Assembly (NCBI RefSeq): GCF_034093755.1
Contig: NZ_JAXEBZ010000063.1
Location: forward strand, 2,261 to 66,260
Source: Dysosmobacter sp.
Lineage (GTDB): Bacteria > Bacillota > Clostridia > Oscillospirales > Oscillospiraceae
Length of the DNA stretch: 64,000 nt
Reading direction: 5' to 3'
The translations under genes were made by a program, and so were the position numbers. The notes beneath the pieces are model-generated. The model was not told the DNA's origin and searched no databases. It saw only the letters and a list, made by a program, of their open reading frames with translations. Positions 29,913 to 39,988 of this stretch are shown in pieces. Position 1 is the stretch's first letter; every line of letters starts with the position of its first letter.

Positions 29913-31215
29913 CGAGAACTTCAATGGAACAAAGGCTGTCCGGATTCTGGTCTCCCTGCTGGTGGCGATCTGCATCTGGGTATTTGTGGATGACGCCGGC
30001 GGCTATGTGGTCACGGTGAACGCCGCGGACATTCCGGTGGAATTCCTGGGCGAGGCCACGCTGGCGGACCGGGGTCTGATGCTGCTGGATGACACGGAGT
30101 CCACCTTCAGCCTGGAGATCAGCGGCACCAAAAAGGCCCTGATGACCCTGGATACCTCCAAAATCCGGGTGCAGGTGGACCTGACTGACGTGACCGCCGC
30201 AGGGCAGCAGAGCGTCGCCGTCAAGGCCCGCTATCCCAGCGGCTTTGACAGCAGCAAGGTCAGCATGAAGCCCAAGGACCGCAGCAGCTTCAATATCTCC
30301 GCCAATGTGGGCGAGCTTTACCGCAAGAGCGTGGAGATCCGCTGCGATATTCAGGGCGCGGTGGCCGACGGCTATATCGCCGGAGAGCTGCAGTTCCAGC
30401 CGGGAACCCTGGAGGTCCGGGGCCAGCAGTCCGAAGTGGAGAATATCAGCTACGCCAGGGTGACGCTGGTGATCGACAACGCCACGGAGACGGTCTCCGA
30501 GACGCTGGATTACCGGCTGTATGACGATCTGGGCCGTGAGGTCAGCGGCGCCAACATCCACCCGGTGACGGATCAGATTCAGGTTCTGCTGCCGGTGTAT
30601 GTGATCAAGGAGCTGCCGCTGGAGGTGAACTTCATTGAGTCTCCCGGCTCCAGTCTGGACAATGTGACCTACCGGATTGAGCCCGCCAGCATCAAGGTCT
30701 ACGGCGATGCCGCCCTGCTGCGGGACATCAACTCCATCAAGCTGGATGACTTTGACCTGTCCTCCATCAGCTCCAAGTCCACTTTCTATTACCAGATCCC
30801 GCTGCCGGACGGCTGCGAGAATCTGAGCAGCATCTCCCGGGCCACTATGATCATCGAGTTCAACGATCTGGTGGTGGATACCCTGACCACCGGGCAGATT
30901 GCGTATGAAAATCCGCCGGAGGGGAAAGAGATTTCCATCCTGACCAACCAGATTCAGGTGACCCTCCGGGGAACCTCGGTGGATGTGGGCGCGCTGACGC
31001 CGGAGGATGTGACCGTTGTGGCGGACCTGCGGGACGTCAGCTCTGCCAGCGGAAGCTACACGGTTCCGGCGGAGGTCCGGCTGAATTCCGACGGCGACAT
31101 CGGAGTGATCGGGTCTTACCAAATCCGCATCAACATCAGTGACCCGGTGGTGCCCGAGGAGCCGGAGGAGCCGGAGACCGGCGGAGAAGAGGACAATTCC
31201 AATCAAGAACAGTAA
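29905..31215 (+). CDS. cdaR: CdaR/YbbR-like regulator of CdaA
   Basis: N-terminal TM (VSLLVAICIWVFV), repeated beta-rich YbbR-like units, directly after cdaA. Confidence 0.85.
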   Translation: MNNENFNGTKAVRILVSLLVAICIWVFVDDAGGYVVTVNAADIPVEFLGEATLADRGLMLLDDTESTFSLEISGTKKALMTLDTSKIRVQVDLTDVTAAGQQSVAVKARYPSGFDSSKVSMKPKDRSSFNISANVGELYRKSVEIRCDIQGAVADGYIAGELQFQPGTLEVRGQQSEVENISYARVTLVIDNATETVSETLDYRLYDDLGREVSGANIHPVTDQIQVLLPVYVIKELPLEVNFIESPGSSLDNVTYRIEPASIKVYGDAALLRDINSIKLDDFDLSSISSKSTFYYQIPLPDGCENLSSISRATMIIEFNDLVVDTLTTGQIAYENPPEGKEISILTNQIQVTLRGTSVDVGALTPEDVTVVADLRDVSSASGSYTVPAEVRLNSDGDIGVIGSYQIRINISDPVVPEEPEEPETGGEEDNSNQEQ

Positions 31216-31227
31216 CGGGAGCTTATC

Positions 31228-31635
31228 ATGACGCAAATCGCAACGGTTGAAAAAATTCTGGACGCGGACCACGCGGTGATTTCCGTGCCCCGTAAAACTG
31301 CCTGCGGCCATGACTGCGAGGAGTGCGCCGGCTGCGGCGTCAACGGGGCGGCGGTGAAGGCCAAAGCCAAAAACGCGGTCGGCGCCCGGCCCGGGCAGAA
31401 GGTGGTCGTGGAGAGCGACACGAAGAATATGCTGGGCATCATCAGCCTGGTTTACCTGACGCCGGTGGTGCTGTTCCTGCTGGGGTATCTGCTGACCTGG
31501 TTCCTCCCCTCGGAGGGGATGCGCTACGCGGCAGCGGCGGTGGCCTTCTTCGTCGGCATCATTCCGGCTATCCTCTATGACCGCCGTGTCCGGCGGCAGG
31601 GGGGACTGGAGTTCACCATCGTCCGGCTGTTCTGA
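31228..31635 (+). CDS. SoxR-reducing system RseC family protein
   Basis: RKTACGHDCEECAGC, N.VGA.PG..V, VYL.P followed by two TMs. Confidence 0.8.
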   Translation: MTQIATVEKILDADHAVISVPRKTACGHDCEECAGCGVNGAAVKAKAKNAVGARPGQKVVVESDTKNMLGIISLVYLTPVVLFLLGYLLTWFLPSEGMRYAAAAVAFFVGIIPAILYDRRVRRQGGLEFTIVRLF

Positions 31636-31643
31636 GAGCTGCG

Positions 31644-32552
31644 GTGTTCGGTTATGTTTGCCCGCCTCTGGGCGTGCTTCCGGAGGAGGAACAGGAGCGG
31701 TTCCGGGAAGCCTACTGTGGCCTTTGCCACACGCTGGGCCGGCGGTTCGGATTCCGGACGCGGTTTATCCTGAATTACGATTTTACCTTTCTGGCCATCC
31801 TTTTTTCGGACGGACAGGAGCCGGACCGGGGATGCGCCCGCTGTGTGGTACACCCCTGCAGAAAGCGGCACTATCAGCAGCCGGACCCGGCGCTGGAGCT
31901 GGCGGCGGATGAGAGTGTGATTCTGGCCTACTGGCAGCTGCGGGACGGCGTTGCCGACCACGGCTTCTGGAAGGGGCTGCAGTACCGGTTTCTCTCCCGG
32001 CTGCTGCGGGGCGCCTACCGCAAGGCGGCGGCGCTGCGGCCTGACTTCGACGCCGGCACCCGGGAGCAGCTGCGGCAGCTGTCCGCGCTGGAGGCGGAGC
32101 AGTGCCCGTCCATGGACCGGGCGGCGGACGCCTTCGCAGCGCTGCTGGGCGGCGCCGCCAAAGAGGTGGAGGACCCCATCCGCCGGCGGGTGCTGGAGCA
32201 GATCCTGTATCATCTGGGCCGCTGGATCTATCTGGTGGATGCGGCGGATGACCTGAAAAAGGACGCCAGATCCGGCGATTACAACCCGGTGGCACTGCGG
32301 TACGGCCTGACAGACGGAACATGGACGGCGGAGAGCCGCCATGCCTTCGCCCTGACGCTGGACCACTCGGTGCATATGATGGCCACGGCTTTTGAACTGT
32401 GGGATTTCGGCCGCTGGCAGAAGATTCTGGAAAGCACACTGTATACCGGTTTATTCTCCGTGGGCGCTGCGGTTCTGAACGGGACGTTCCGAGCCAGCCT
32501 TCGCGGACAGTATAGAAAGAAACGCAAGAATGTGAGGAAGTCACATGAATGA
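31644..32552 (+). CDS. DUF5685 family protein
   Basis: MFGYV, YCGLC..L, L.YDFTFLA.L, C.VHP, LGRWIYLVDA.DD. Confidence 0.8.
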   Translation: MFGYVCPPLGVLPEEEQERFREAYCGLCHTLGRRFGFRTRFILNYDFTFLAILFSDGQEPDRGCARCVVHPCRKRHYQQPDPALELAADESVILAYWQLRDGVADHGFWKGLQYRFLSRLLRGAYRKAAALRPDFDAGTREQLRQLSALEAEQCPSMDRAADAFAALLGGAAKEVEDPIRRRVLEQILYHLGRWIYLVDAADDLKKDARSGDYNPVALRYGLTDGTWTAESRHAFALTLDHSVHMMATAFELWDFGRWQKILESTLYTGLFSVGAAVLNGTFRASLRGQYRKKRKNVRKSHE

Positions 32553-33180
32553 TCCCTATCAGATCTTAGGAGTTCCCGAGACAGCCACCGACGCGGAGGT
32601 CAAAAAGGCCTATCTGAATCTGGCGCGCAAGTACCATCCGGACAACTACCATGACAATCCGCTGGCAGACCTTGCCCAGGAGAAGATGAAAGAGATCAAT
32701 GCCGCCTATGAGGAAATCAACAAGCGGCGCAGCGGCCGGGGGGGTTATGCCGGAAGCGGAAGCTCCGGCAGCTATTACGGCGGCAGCCGCGGCAGCTCCT
32801 ATCAGGGCGGCTACAGCGGTGGCTACGGCAGCTACAGCAGCAGCTCCGTGCTGCAGCAGGTACGCCTCGCCATCAATTCCGGTGATCTGACCCGGGCGGA
32901 GGCGCTGCTGGCCAATTATTCGGACCACAACGCCGAGTGGAACTTCCTGCGGGGCGCCATCTGCTACCGCCGGGGCTGGATGGACGAGGCCAGGCGCTAC
33001 TACGAGACGGCGTGCCAGATGGAGCCTGACAACGCCGAGTACCGCCAGGCACTGAACTATATGGAAAACGGCGCCGCCGGCTCCTATCATCCCAGTGGGA
33101 GCCCCTTCGGTACGGAAATCTGCGCCGCCAACAGCATGTGTCTGCCGCTGTACTGCTGCATGCTGCCGCTGTGCTGCTGA
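32545..33180 (+). CDS. J-domain protein with TPR-like region and Cys-rich tail
   Basis: DPYQILGV, ARKYHPD, EINAAYE; G/S/Y linker; AEWNFLRG..GW.DEA; C-terminal CLPLYCCMLPLCC. Confidence 0.88.
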   Translation: MNDPYQILGVPETATDAEVKKAYLNLARKYHPDNYHDNPLADLAQEKMKEINAAYEEINKRRSGRGGYAGSGSSGSYYGGSRGSSYQGGYSGGYGSYSSSSVLQQVRLAINSGDLTRAEALLANYSDHNAEWNFLRGAICYRRGWMDEARRYYETACQMEPDNAEYRQALNYMENGAAGSYHPSGSPFGTEICAANSMCLPLYCCMLPLCC

Positions 33181-33243
33181 GAATTGTGTGAGTGACCTGC
33201 CGGAGCTGTGCGGCCCGGCGGGGAAGATAAGGGAGGAAGAAGC

Positions 33244-34122
33244 TTGATCAAGAGTATGACCGGCTACGGCCGGGCCCGCGAGATGCGGAACAAGCGGGAT
33301 ATTACGGTGGAGGTGCGGTCCGTCAACAACCGGTATCTGGACTGTACCGTGAAGATGCCCCGGATGTATGCGTTCGCGGAAGACGCGGTGAAAAGCTGTG
33401 TGCAGAAGGCGGTTTCCCGGGGTAAGGTGGATGTTTTCATCACGGTGGACGCTTCCGCCGCTGACGTGGCCAAGGTTTCGGTGAACCGGGAACTGGCCGC
33501 CGGCTATGTGGCTGCCCTGCAGGAGCTGGCTGCCGTCTGCGGCACGGAGGCGAAGGTGCTGCCGGAGCAGCTGTCCCGTTTCCCGGACGTGCTGACTGTC
33601 ACCAAGGAGGACGAGGATCTGGAGACGGTCAGCGCCGACCTGTGCGCCGTGCTGGAGCAGGCCCTGGAGGCTTATAACCAGATGCGCTCCGTGGAGGGCG
33701 GGAAACTGGCTGCCGATATCGGCGGCCGGCTGACCACCATTGAGACCCTCACCGGCGAGGTGGAGCGCCGCTCCCCGGAGACGGTGGCGGAGTACCGCCA
33801 GAAGCTCACCGCCCGGATGCAGGAGGTGCTGCAGAGCACCACCATTGACGAGCAGCGCATCCTGACGGAGGCCGCCATCTACGCCGACAAGATCGCCGTG
33901 GACGAGGAGACGGTGCGGCTGCGGAGCCACGTCTCTCAGCTGCGGACCATGCTGGAGGCCGCCGAGCCCATTGGCCGGAAGATGGACTTTTTGATCCAGG
34001 AGGTCAACCGGGAGTCCAACACCATCGGCTCCAAGTGCAACGATGTGGCCATTGCCCGGGTGGTGGTGGACCTGAAGGCGGAAGTGGAGAAGATCCGCGA
34101 GCAGGTGCAGAACATCGAGTGA
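33244..34122 (+). CDS. yloC: YicC/YloC family endoribonuclease
   Basis: [44 protein letters not shown]. Confidence 0.93.
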   Translation: MIKSMTGYGRAREMRNKRDITVEVRSVNNRYLDCTVKMPRMYAFAEDAVKSCVQKAVSRGKVDVFITVDASAADVAKVSVNRELAAGYVAALQELAAVCGTEAKVLPEQLSRFPDVLTVTKEDEDLETVSADLCAVLEQALEAYNQMRSVEGGKLAADIGGRLTTIETLTGEVERRSPETVAEYRQKLTARMQEVLQSTTIDEQRILTEAAIYADKIAVDEETVRLRSHVSQLRTMLEAAEPIGRKMDFLIQEVNRESNTIGSKCNDVAIARVVVDLKAEVEKIREQVQNIE

Positions 34123-34132
34123 GGCGCCGGCC

Positions 34133-34390
34133 ATGAAGCTCATCAATATCGGATTCGGAAATATGGTGTCGGCGGACCGGCTGCTGGCGGTTGTCAGCCC
34201 GGATTCGGCGCCCATCAAGCGTCTGGTGCAGGAGTCCCGGGAGAGGGGCATGCTGATCGACGCTACCTACGGCCGCAAAACGGCTGCCATCTGCATTATG
34301 GACAGTGATCATGTGATTCTGTCGGCTCTGCCTCCGGAAAAGCTGGCCGGCAGGCTGCAGGTGGAAAATACCCCGGAGGAGGATACCTGA
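34133..34390 (+). CDS. remA: DUF370 / RemA family protein
   Basis: [25 protein letters not shown]. Confidence 0.9.
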   Translation: MKLINIGFGNMVSADRLLAVVSPDSAPIKRLVQESRERGMLIDATYGRKTAAICIMDSDHVILSALPPEKLAGRLQVENTPEEDT

Positions 34391-34391
34391 C

Positions 34392-34988
34392 ATGCAGAAG
34401 GGAAAGACTTTTATCATCTCCGGACCTTCCGGAGTGGGCAAGAGCACCGTGCTCAAAAGCCTGCTGGAGCGGCGGAAAAACGTGTATTTCTCCGTTTCCG
34501 CTACCACCCGCGCTCCCCGCGACGGAGAGACGGACGGCGTGCACTATCATTTCCTGGATGTGGACACGTTCCGCAGCTGGATTGCCCGGGACGAGTTCCT
34601 GGAGTACGCGGAGTACGTGGGCAACTTCTACGGCACGCCCAAAAAGTTTGTGGACGCCGCCATGGAGGAGGGCAAGGATGTGATTCTGGACATTGAGGTC
34701 CAGGGCGCCATCCAGGTGTGCAGCAAGCGGCCGGACACCGTGCGCATCTTCATCGCCCCGCCCTCCTGGGAGGAGCTGGAGCGCCGGCTCACCGAGCGGG
34801 GCACCGACGATCCCGACAAGGTGCAAAAGCGCCTTCTGCGGGCCAAGGTGGAGTTCCAGACCGCCCACACCTATGACTATTTTGTCATCAATGACACCGT
34901 GGAGAACGCGGTGAATGAGCTGGATGCCATCATGACGGCGGAGCACTGCAAGCCCCAGGAGCGGATGGAAATCATCAGCCAGCAGTAA
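34392..34988 (+). CDS. gmk: Guanylate kinase
   Basis: SGPSGVGKST, SATTRAPR.GE.DG..Y.F, YGTP. Confidence 0.96.
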   Translation: MQKGKTFIISGPSGVGKSTVLKSLLERRKNVYFSVSATTRAPRDGETDGVHYHFLDVDTFRSWIARDEFLEYAEYVGNFYGTPKKFVDAAMEEGKDVILDIEVQGAIQVCSKRPDTVRIFIAPPSWEELERRLTERGTDDPDKVQKRLLRAKVEFQTAHTYDYFVINDTVENAVNELDAIMTAEHCKPQERMEIISQQ

Positions 34989-35036
34989 ATTCAATCAATT
35001 TTCGCCGGATTTCCGGCAGAATGGAAGGTATACACA

Positions 35037-35291
35037 ATGTCCAGTATTGCAACCGAGAAAAAGGGAATGATCTATCCCGCCATGAACAAACTGACCGCCC
35101 GTGTTCCCAACCGCTACATGCTGGTGAACGTGGTGGCCCGCCGCGCCCGCCAGATCGCGGAGGACGCCGAGGAGAACTTCACCAAGCTGGAGGAGAAGCC
35201 GGTTACCCTGGCTATTGACGAGGTGGCGCTGGGTAAGATTGACGCCTCCGGCATGGATCTGACCATTGAGGAGAGCCGCGGCAACGTGTGA
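35037..35291 (+). CDS. rpoZ: RNA polymerase omega subunit
   Basis: NRYMLVNVVARRARQI, KPVTLAI.E; lies between gmk and priA (alternative start 35067). Confidence 0.9.
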   Translation: MSSIATEKKGMIYPAMNKLTARVPNRYMLVNVVARRARQIAEDAEENFTKLEEKPVTLAIDEVALGKIDASGMDLTIEESRGNV

Positions 35292-35310
35292 GAACGGGGA
35301 GGGATGCGGA

Positions 35311-37776
35311 ATGGAGAGCGCCGCGATTGCAAAAATAGCGGTGGCTGCCGCGCCCTATTCCATTGACAAACCCTATGATTATCTGATCCCGGAGCTGCTG
35401 CAGAATCAGGTCTGCCCCGGCGTCCGAGTCACTGTTCCCTTCGGGCGTGGTAACCGCAGCTCGGAGGGAATCGTTCTGAGTACGGAAACCGGCCCGAAGA
35501 CGCCGGAGCTGAAAACCATTGGCGATGTGCTGGACCGGGAACCGGTGCTGGACAGCGAGGGCATTGCCCTGGCGCTGTTTCTGCGCCAGCGGTACTTCTG
35601 CACGCTGTACGAGGCGGTGCGGACCATTCTGCCGGCCGGGCTGTGGTATCAGTTCCGGGAATTCTGGCAGGTGGCGGATGGCCTGGACCGGGAGACGGCG
35701 GAGCAGCGCTCCGGCCGGATCAAGGGCGCTGCCGGCCCACTGGACTTTCTGTTTGCCAACGGCGGCAGGGGAGAGCTGGCGGCGCTGAAGGAGGCCTGCG
35801 GTGACGGCGTGGAGGAGACCCTGCGTGCCCTGTGCAGAAAGGGAATCCTGACATCGGAGACGGAGGCCCTCCGGAAGATCAGCGATAAAATGAAACGCAT
35901 GGTGCACCTGGCTGTCAGCGCTGAGGACGCCATGGCGGAGGCGGAGCGGAAACGCCGGTCCGCGCCGCTGCGCAGCGAGGTACTGCGGCTGCTGGCGGTT
36001 TCCGGCAGCGCCGCCGCCAGCGATCTGTGCTATTACACCGGCGCTTCCGGTCAGACCCTCCGGGTCCTGGAAAAGGCGGGGTTTGTCACCTTTTCCGAGG
36101 TGGAGGAGCTGCGGCTGACCGCCGCGGAAGCGGTGGAGCCGGGCCCGCCCATTTTGCTGAATGACGAGCAGCAGCGGTCCTTTGACGCCATTGCGGACCT
36201 GACCCGTCAGGAAAAGGCTTCGGCGGTCCTGCTGTACGGTGTCACCGGCAGCGGTAAGACCCAGGTCTATATCCGCCTGGTGCAGGAGGTGCTGGCCCAG
36301 GGCCGGAACGCCATCGTCCTGGTGCCGGAGATCATCCTCACGCCTCAGATGATGCGGAAATTCACCTCCTATTTTGGCGATCAGGTGGTTATGCTCCACA
36401 GCTCTCTGCGGCTGTCGGAGCGGTATGACCAGTGGAAGCGCATCCGTCGGGGCGAGGTGCGGGTGGTGCTGGGGACGCGGTCCGCCGTGTTCGCGCCGCT
36501 GAACAACCTGGGCCTGGTGATTCTGGATGAGGAGCAGGAGGGCAGCTACCAGTCGGAGAATTCTCCCCGGTATCATGCCCGGGATGTGGCCAAGTTCCGC
36601 TGCGCCCGTTCCGGCGCTGTGCTGGTGCTGGGCTCCGCCACCCCGGCCATTGAGAGCGCCTACAGCGCCAAAGAGGGAATCTATCAGCTGCAGCAGCTGC
36701 AGCGGCGGTATAACGAACAGGCACTTCCGGAGGTTATGATTGCCGATATGCGCCGGGAAATCCGGGACGGGAACGCCGGTTCCGTCAGCCAGACCCTGAA
36801 GGCAGAGCTGGAGCGGAATCTGGAGCGGGGCGATCAGAGCATCCTGTTCCTCAACCGGCGGGGCAACAGCCGGATGCTGCTGTGCGGCGAGTGCGGCGGC
36901 GTGCCGGAGTGCCCCCGGTGCAGTGTACCGCTGACCTACCACTCCGCCAACGGACGGCTGATGTGTCACTATTGCGGCCACTCGGAGCGGGCTTCCGATG
37001 TCTGCCCCAACTGCGGCGGACGGATGAAGCACGTGGGCGTCGGCACCCAGAAGGTGGAGGAGGAGCTGCACCAGCTGTTTCCGGACTCGCCGGTGCTGCG
37101 GATGGACGCGGACACCGCCGGCAGCGGCCACGCCGCCATTCTGCGGCGATTTGAGAAGGAGAATATCCCCATCCTGCTGGGCACCCAGATGGTGGCCAAG
37201 GGACTGGATTTTGAGCGGGTGACGCTGGTGGGCGTTCTGTCGGCGGACCTGTCTTTGTATGTGGATAACTACCGGGCCGCCGAGCGGACCTTCAGCCTGC
37301 TGACCCAGGTGGTGGGCCGGGCGGGCCGGGGAGAAAAGACCGGCCGGGCCGTCATTCAGACCTATACGCCGGGCAACACGGTGATTTGTGCCGCCGCCCG
37401 GCAGGATTACCGGCAGTTTTACGACAGCGAGATCCGGATGCGCCGCATCCGCCGCTACCCGCCCTTCGCGGACCTATTCACCTTCACCGTCACCGGCGGC
37501 GACGAGAGCCAGGTGTGGAAGGGGGCGGCATGGGTCAAGGAGGAGCTGCGCCGCCTGGCGGCAGCCCCGGAGATGCGGGAGAGCCAGCCGGAGGTGCTGG
37601 GTCCGGCCCCCGCGCCGGTGGTCAAGGTCAACAACCGGTTCCGCTACCGGGTGACTCTGGTGGGAAAGAATGACCGGGCTACCCGGGAGCGGGTGTCCTG
37701 GCTGCTGAAGGCCTTTGCCGCCCGGCGGGAGCACCGGGGTCTGTCCGTGTTTGCGGACTGCAATACGATGGAATAA
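35311..37776 (+). CDS. priA: Primosomal protein N'
   Basis: GVTGSGKT, LVPEI.LTPQ, DEEQE, NRRG, Cys4 Zn motifs, GTQMVAKGLDF, GRAGR. Confidence 0.96.
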   Translation: MESAAIAKIAVAAAPYSIDKPYDYLIPELLQNQVCPGVRVTVPFGRGNRSSEGIVLSTETGPKTPELKTIGDVLDREPVLDSEGIALALFLRQRYFCTLYEAVRTILPAGLWYQFREFWQVADGLDRETAEQRSGRIKGAAGPLDFLFANGGRGELAALKEACGDGVEETLRALCRKGILTSETEALRKISDKMKRMVHLAVSAEDAMAEAERKRRSAPLRSEVLRLLAVSGSAAASDLCYYTGASGQTLRVLEKAGFVTFSEVEELRLTAAEAVEPGPPILLNDEQQRSFDAIADLTRQEKASAVLLYGVTGSGKTQVYIRLVQEVLAQGRNAIVLVPEIILTPQMMRKFTSYFGDQVVMLHSSLRLSERYDQWKRIRRGEVRVVLGTRSAVFAPLNNLGLVILDEEQEGSYQSENSPRYHARDVAKFRCARSGAVLVLGSATPAIESAYSAKEGIYQLQQLQRRYNEQALPEVMIADMRREIRDGNAGSVSQTLKAELERNLERGDQSILFLNRRGNSRMLLCGECGGVPECPRCSVPLTYHSANGRLMCHYCGHSERASDVCPNCGGRMKHVGVGTQKVEEELHQLFPDSPVLRMDADTAGSGHAAILRRFEKENIPILLGTQMVAKGLDFERVTLVGVLSADLSLYVDNYRAAERTFSLLTQVVGRAGRGEKTGRAVIQTYTPGNTVICAAARQDYRQFYDSEIRMRRIRRYPPFADLFTFTVTGGDESQVWKGAAWVKEELRRLAAAPEMRESQPEVLGPAPAPVVKVNNRFRYRVTLVGKNDRATRERVSWLLKAFAARREHRGLSVFADCNTME

Positions 37777-37797
37777 TCATTCAGGAGGATGTACAAT

Positions 37798-38298
37798 ATG
37801 GCTTTGAGAACAATTGTTACCGAGGGAGACGAGTGCCTGCGGAAGGTCTGCCGCCCTGTCACTGCCTTCAACGCCCGGCTGCACCAGCTGCTGGACGATA
37901 TGAACGACACCCTGGTGGAAGCCAGCGGCGCCGGCCTGGCCGCGCCTCAGGTGGGCGTCCTGCGCCGGGTCTGCCTGGTGCTGGATGAAGAGACCGGCGA
38001 ATTCATTGAGCTGATCAACCCGGAGATCATCGCCCAGAGCGGCGAGCAGACCGGCCTGGAGGGCTGCCTCAGCGTTCCCGGCAAGTGGGGCATCGTTACC
38101 CGTCCCAACGTGGTGCGGGTCCGTGCCCAGGACCGGAACGGCGACTGGTTTGAGGCGGAGGGAGAGGGCCTGACGGCCCGCGCCTTCTGCCACGAGATCG
38201 AGCATCTGGACGGTCACCTCTATGTGGAGCACATTGACCACTTCCTCAGCGACGAGGAGCTGCAGGCCTATCTGGAAGAGGAAGAGGGCGAGGAATGA
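37798..38298 (+). CDS. def: Peptide deformylase
   Basis: GAGLAAPQVG, EGCLS, HEIEHLDG. Confidence 0.96.
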   Translation: MALRTIVTEGDECLRKVCRPVTAFNARLHQLLDDMNDTLVEASGAGLAAPQVGVLRRVCLVLDEETGEFIELINPEIIAQSGEQTGLEGCLSVPGKWGIVTRPNVVRVRAQDRNGDWFEAEGEGLTARAFCHEIEHLDGHLYVEHIDHFLSDEELQAYLEEEEGEE

Positions 38299-39209
38299 AG
38301 ATTTTGTTCATGGGCACGCCGGAATTCGCGGTGGAATCCCTGCGGCGTCTCGTGGCCGACGGCCATGAGATCTGCGGTGTGTTCACCCAGCCGGACAAGC
38401 CCCGCAACCGCAATAAGGTGACATTTTCCCCGGTGAAGGAGTATGCCCTGTCCCGGAACCTGCCGGTTTACCAGCCTGTCAGCGTGCGGGAGGGAGAGGC
38501 TCTGGCGCTGGTGGAGCAGCTGGCTCCGGAGCTGATTGTGACGGCGGCGTACGGCAGGCTGCTGCCGGAGGAAATCCTGAATTATCCCCGCTATGGGGCC
38601 ATCAACGTCCACGCGTCGCTGCTGCCCAAATACCGGGGCGCCGCTCCCATCAACTGGGCCATTCTCAACGACGAGCCCGTGGCCGGCGTCTCTGTTATGT
38701 ATATGGTAAAGGCGCTGGACGCCGGTGATGTCATCCGGATGGAGCAGCTGCCGGTGGAGGACAATGACGCCCCCACGCTGACGGCGCGTCTGGCCGCTCT
38801 GGGCGGCGACGTTCTTTCTGCCGCCGTCCGGGACCTGGAGGCCGGGACGGCTGTCCGGACGCCCCAGGATGAGAGCCGGCACACCTATGCGTCCATGCTG
38901 GGACGGGAAATGTCCCCCATTGACTGGACCCGGCCTGCCCGGGCCATCCACTGTCAGATCCGGGGCCTGATTCCGTGGCCCTGCGCCTCCACGGACGCCA
39001 TCAACGGCGAGATCATGAAGATCTACGCCGCGGAGGAGACGGGAGAGCGTACCTCTGCCACGCCCGGCACCGTTGTGGCGGCGGGAAAGCAGGGAATTGA
39101 CATGGCCTGCGGAGACGGTAAGGTGCTGCGGATCAAGGAGCTGCAGGCCCAGGGCGGAAAGCGTATGGCTGCCGCCGCCTATCTGCTGGGCCATCCCATC
39201 CGGCTGTAA
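38295..39209 (+). CDS. fmt: Methionyl-tRNA formyltransferase
   Basis: FMGTPEFA, TQPD, NVHASLLPKYRGAAPI. Confidence 0.96.
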   Translation: MKILFMGTPEFAVESLRRLVADGHEICGVFTQPDKPRNRNKVTFSPVKEYALSRNLPVYQPVSVREGEALALVEQLAPELIVTAAYGRLLPEEILNYPRYGAINVHASLLPKYRGAAPINWAILNDEPVAGVSVMYMVKALDAGDVIRMEQLPVEDNDAPTLTARLAALGGDVLSAAVRDLEAGTAVRTPQDESRHTYASMLGREMSPIDWTRPARAIHCQIRGLIPWPCASTDAINGEIMKIYAAEETGERTSATPGTVVAAGKQGIDMACGDGKVLRIKELQAQGGKRMAAAAYLLGHPIRL

Positions 39210-39241
39210 CTTCCGCCGGAAGAACTGAAAAGGAGCGTTTT

Positions 39242-39988
39242 ATGCCTTATTATTATGGTTACGGCTATGGCTACGGTACTTTTCTGGCCAATAATCTGTA
39301 TTGCCTGCTGCTGATTCCGGTACTGCTGCTGTCCGTCTGGGCGCAGGTGAAGGTCTCCGGCAATTTCCGGCGGTATAACGCCGTGAACAACCGCCGCCGT
39401 ATGACCGGCGCCCAGGCCGCTGAGGCGGTGCTGCGGGCCAACGGCATCTATGATGTGGGCATCCGCTGTGTCCGGGGCGAGCTGACGGACCACTACGATC
39501 CGCGGGATAACACCATTTACCTGTCTGAGAGCGTCTACGGCGCGCCTACCATCGCCGCAGTGGGCGTGGCCGCCCACGAGGCCGGTCACGCCGTTCAGTA
39601 CGCCGTGGGCTATGGGCCGGTGCGGCTGCGGACTGCCATCATTCCCGCCACCAACATCGGCTCCAAATTCTCCTTCATTCTGTTCCTGCTGGGGATGCTG
39701 CTGTACAGCCAGCCCCTGTTTCTGGCGGGCATTCTGCTGTTTTCCCTGACCACGGTGTTTCAGCTGGTGACGTTGCCGGTGGAATTCAACGCTTCTCACC
39801 GGGCACTGGAGACCATTGAGGGCCGCCAGCTGCTGGCTGATGATGAGCTGCAGGGTGCCCGCAAAGTCCTGCAGGCGGCGGCACTGACCTATGTGGCGGC
39901 GCTGCTGATGTCCATGCTCCAGCTGATGCGGTACGTCCTGATCTTCCTGGCCCGCAGCGGAAGCCGACGCGGAGGAGGCCGGGAATGA
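39242..39988 (+). CDS. Neutral zinc metallopeptidase (YugP-like membrane protein)
   Basis: LTDHYDP, AAHEAGHAVQ, TLPVEFNAS.RA, AAALTYVA. Confidence 0.9.
   Translation: MPYYYGYGYGYGTFLANNLYCLLLIPVLLLSVWAQVKVSGNFRRYNAVNNRRRMTGAQAAEAVLRANGIYDVGIRCVRGELTDHYDPRDNTIYLSESVYGAPTIAAVGVAAHEAGHAVQYAVGYGPVRLRTAIIPATNIGSKFSFILFLLGMLLYSQPLFLAGILLFSLTTVFQLVTLPVEFNASHRALETIEGRQLLADDELQGARKVLQAAALTYVAALLMSMLQLMRYVLIFLARSGSRRGGGRE

Noticed and set aside
32725-32845. GGC/AGC/TAC repeats in the J-protein, and YG repeats at 39245-39275
   Set aside because: Low-complexity coding linkers, not CRISPR or DNA repeats.
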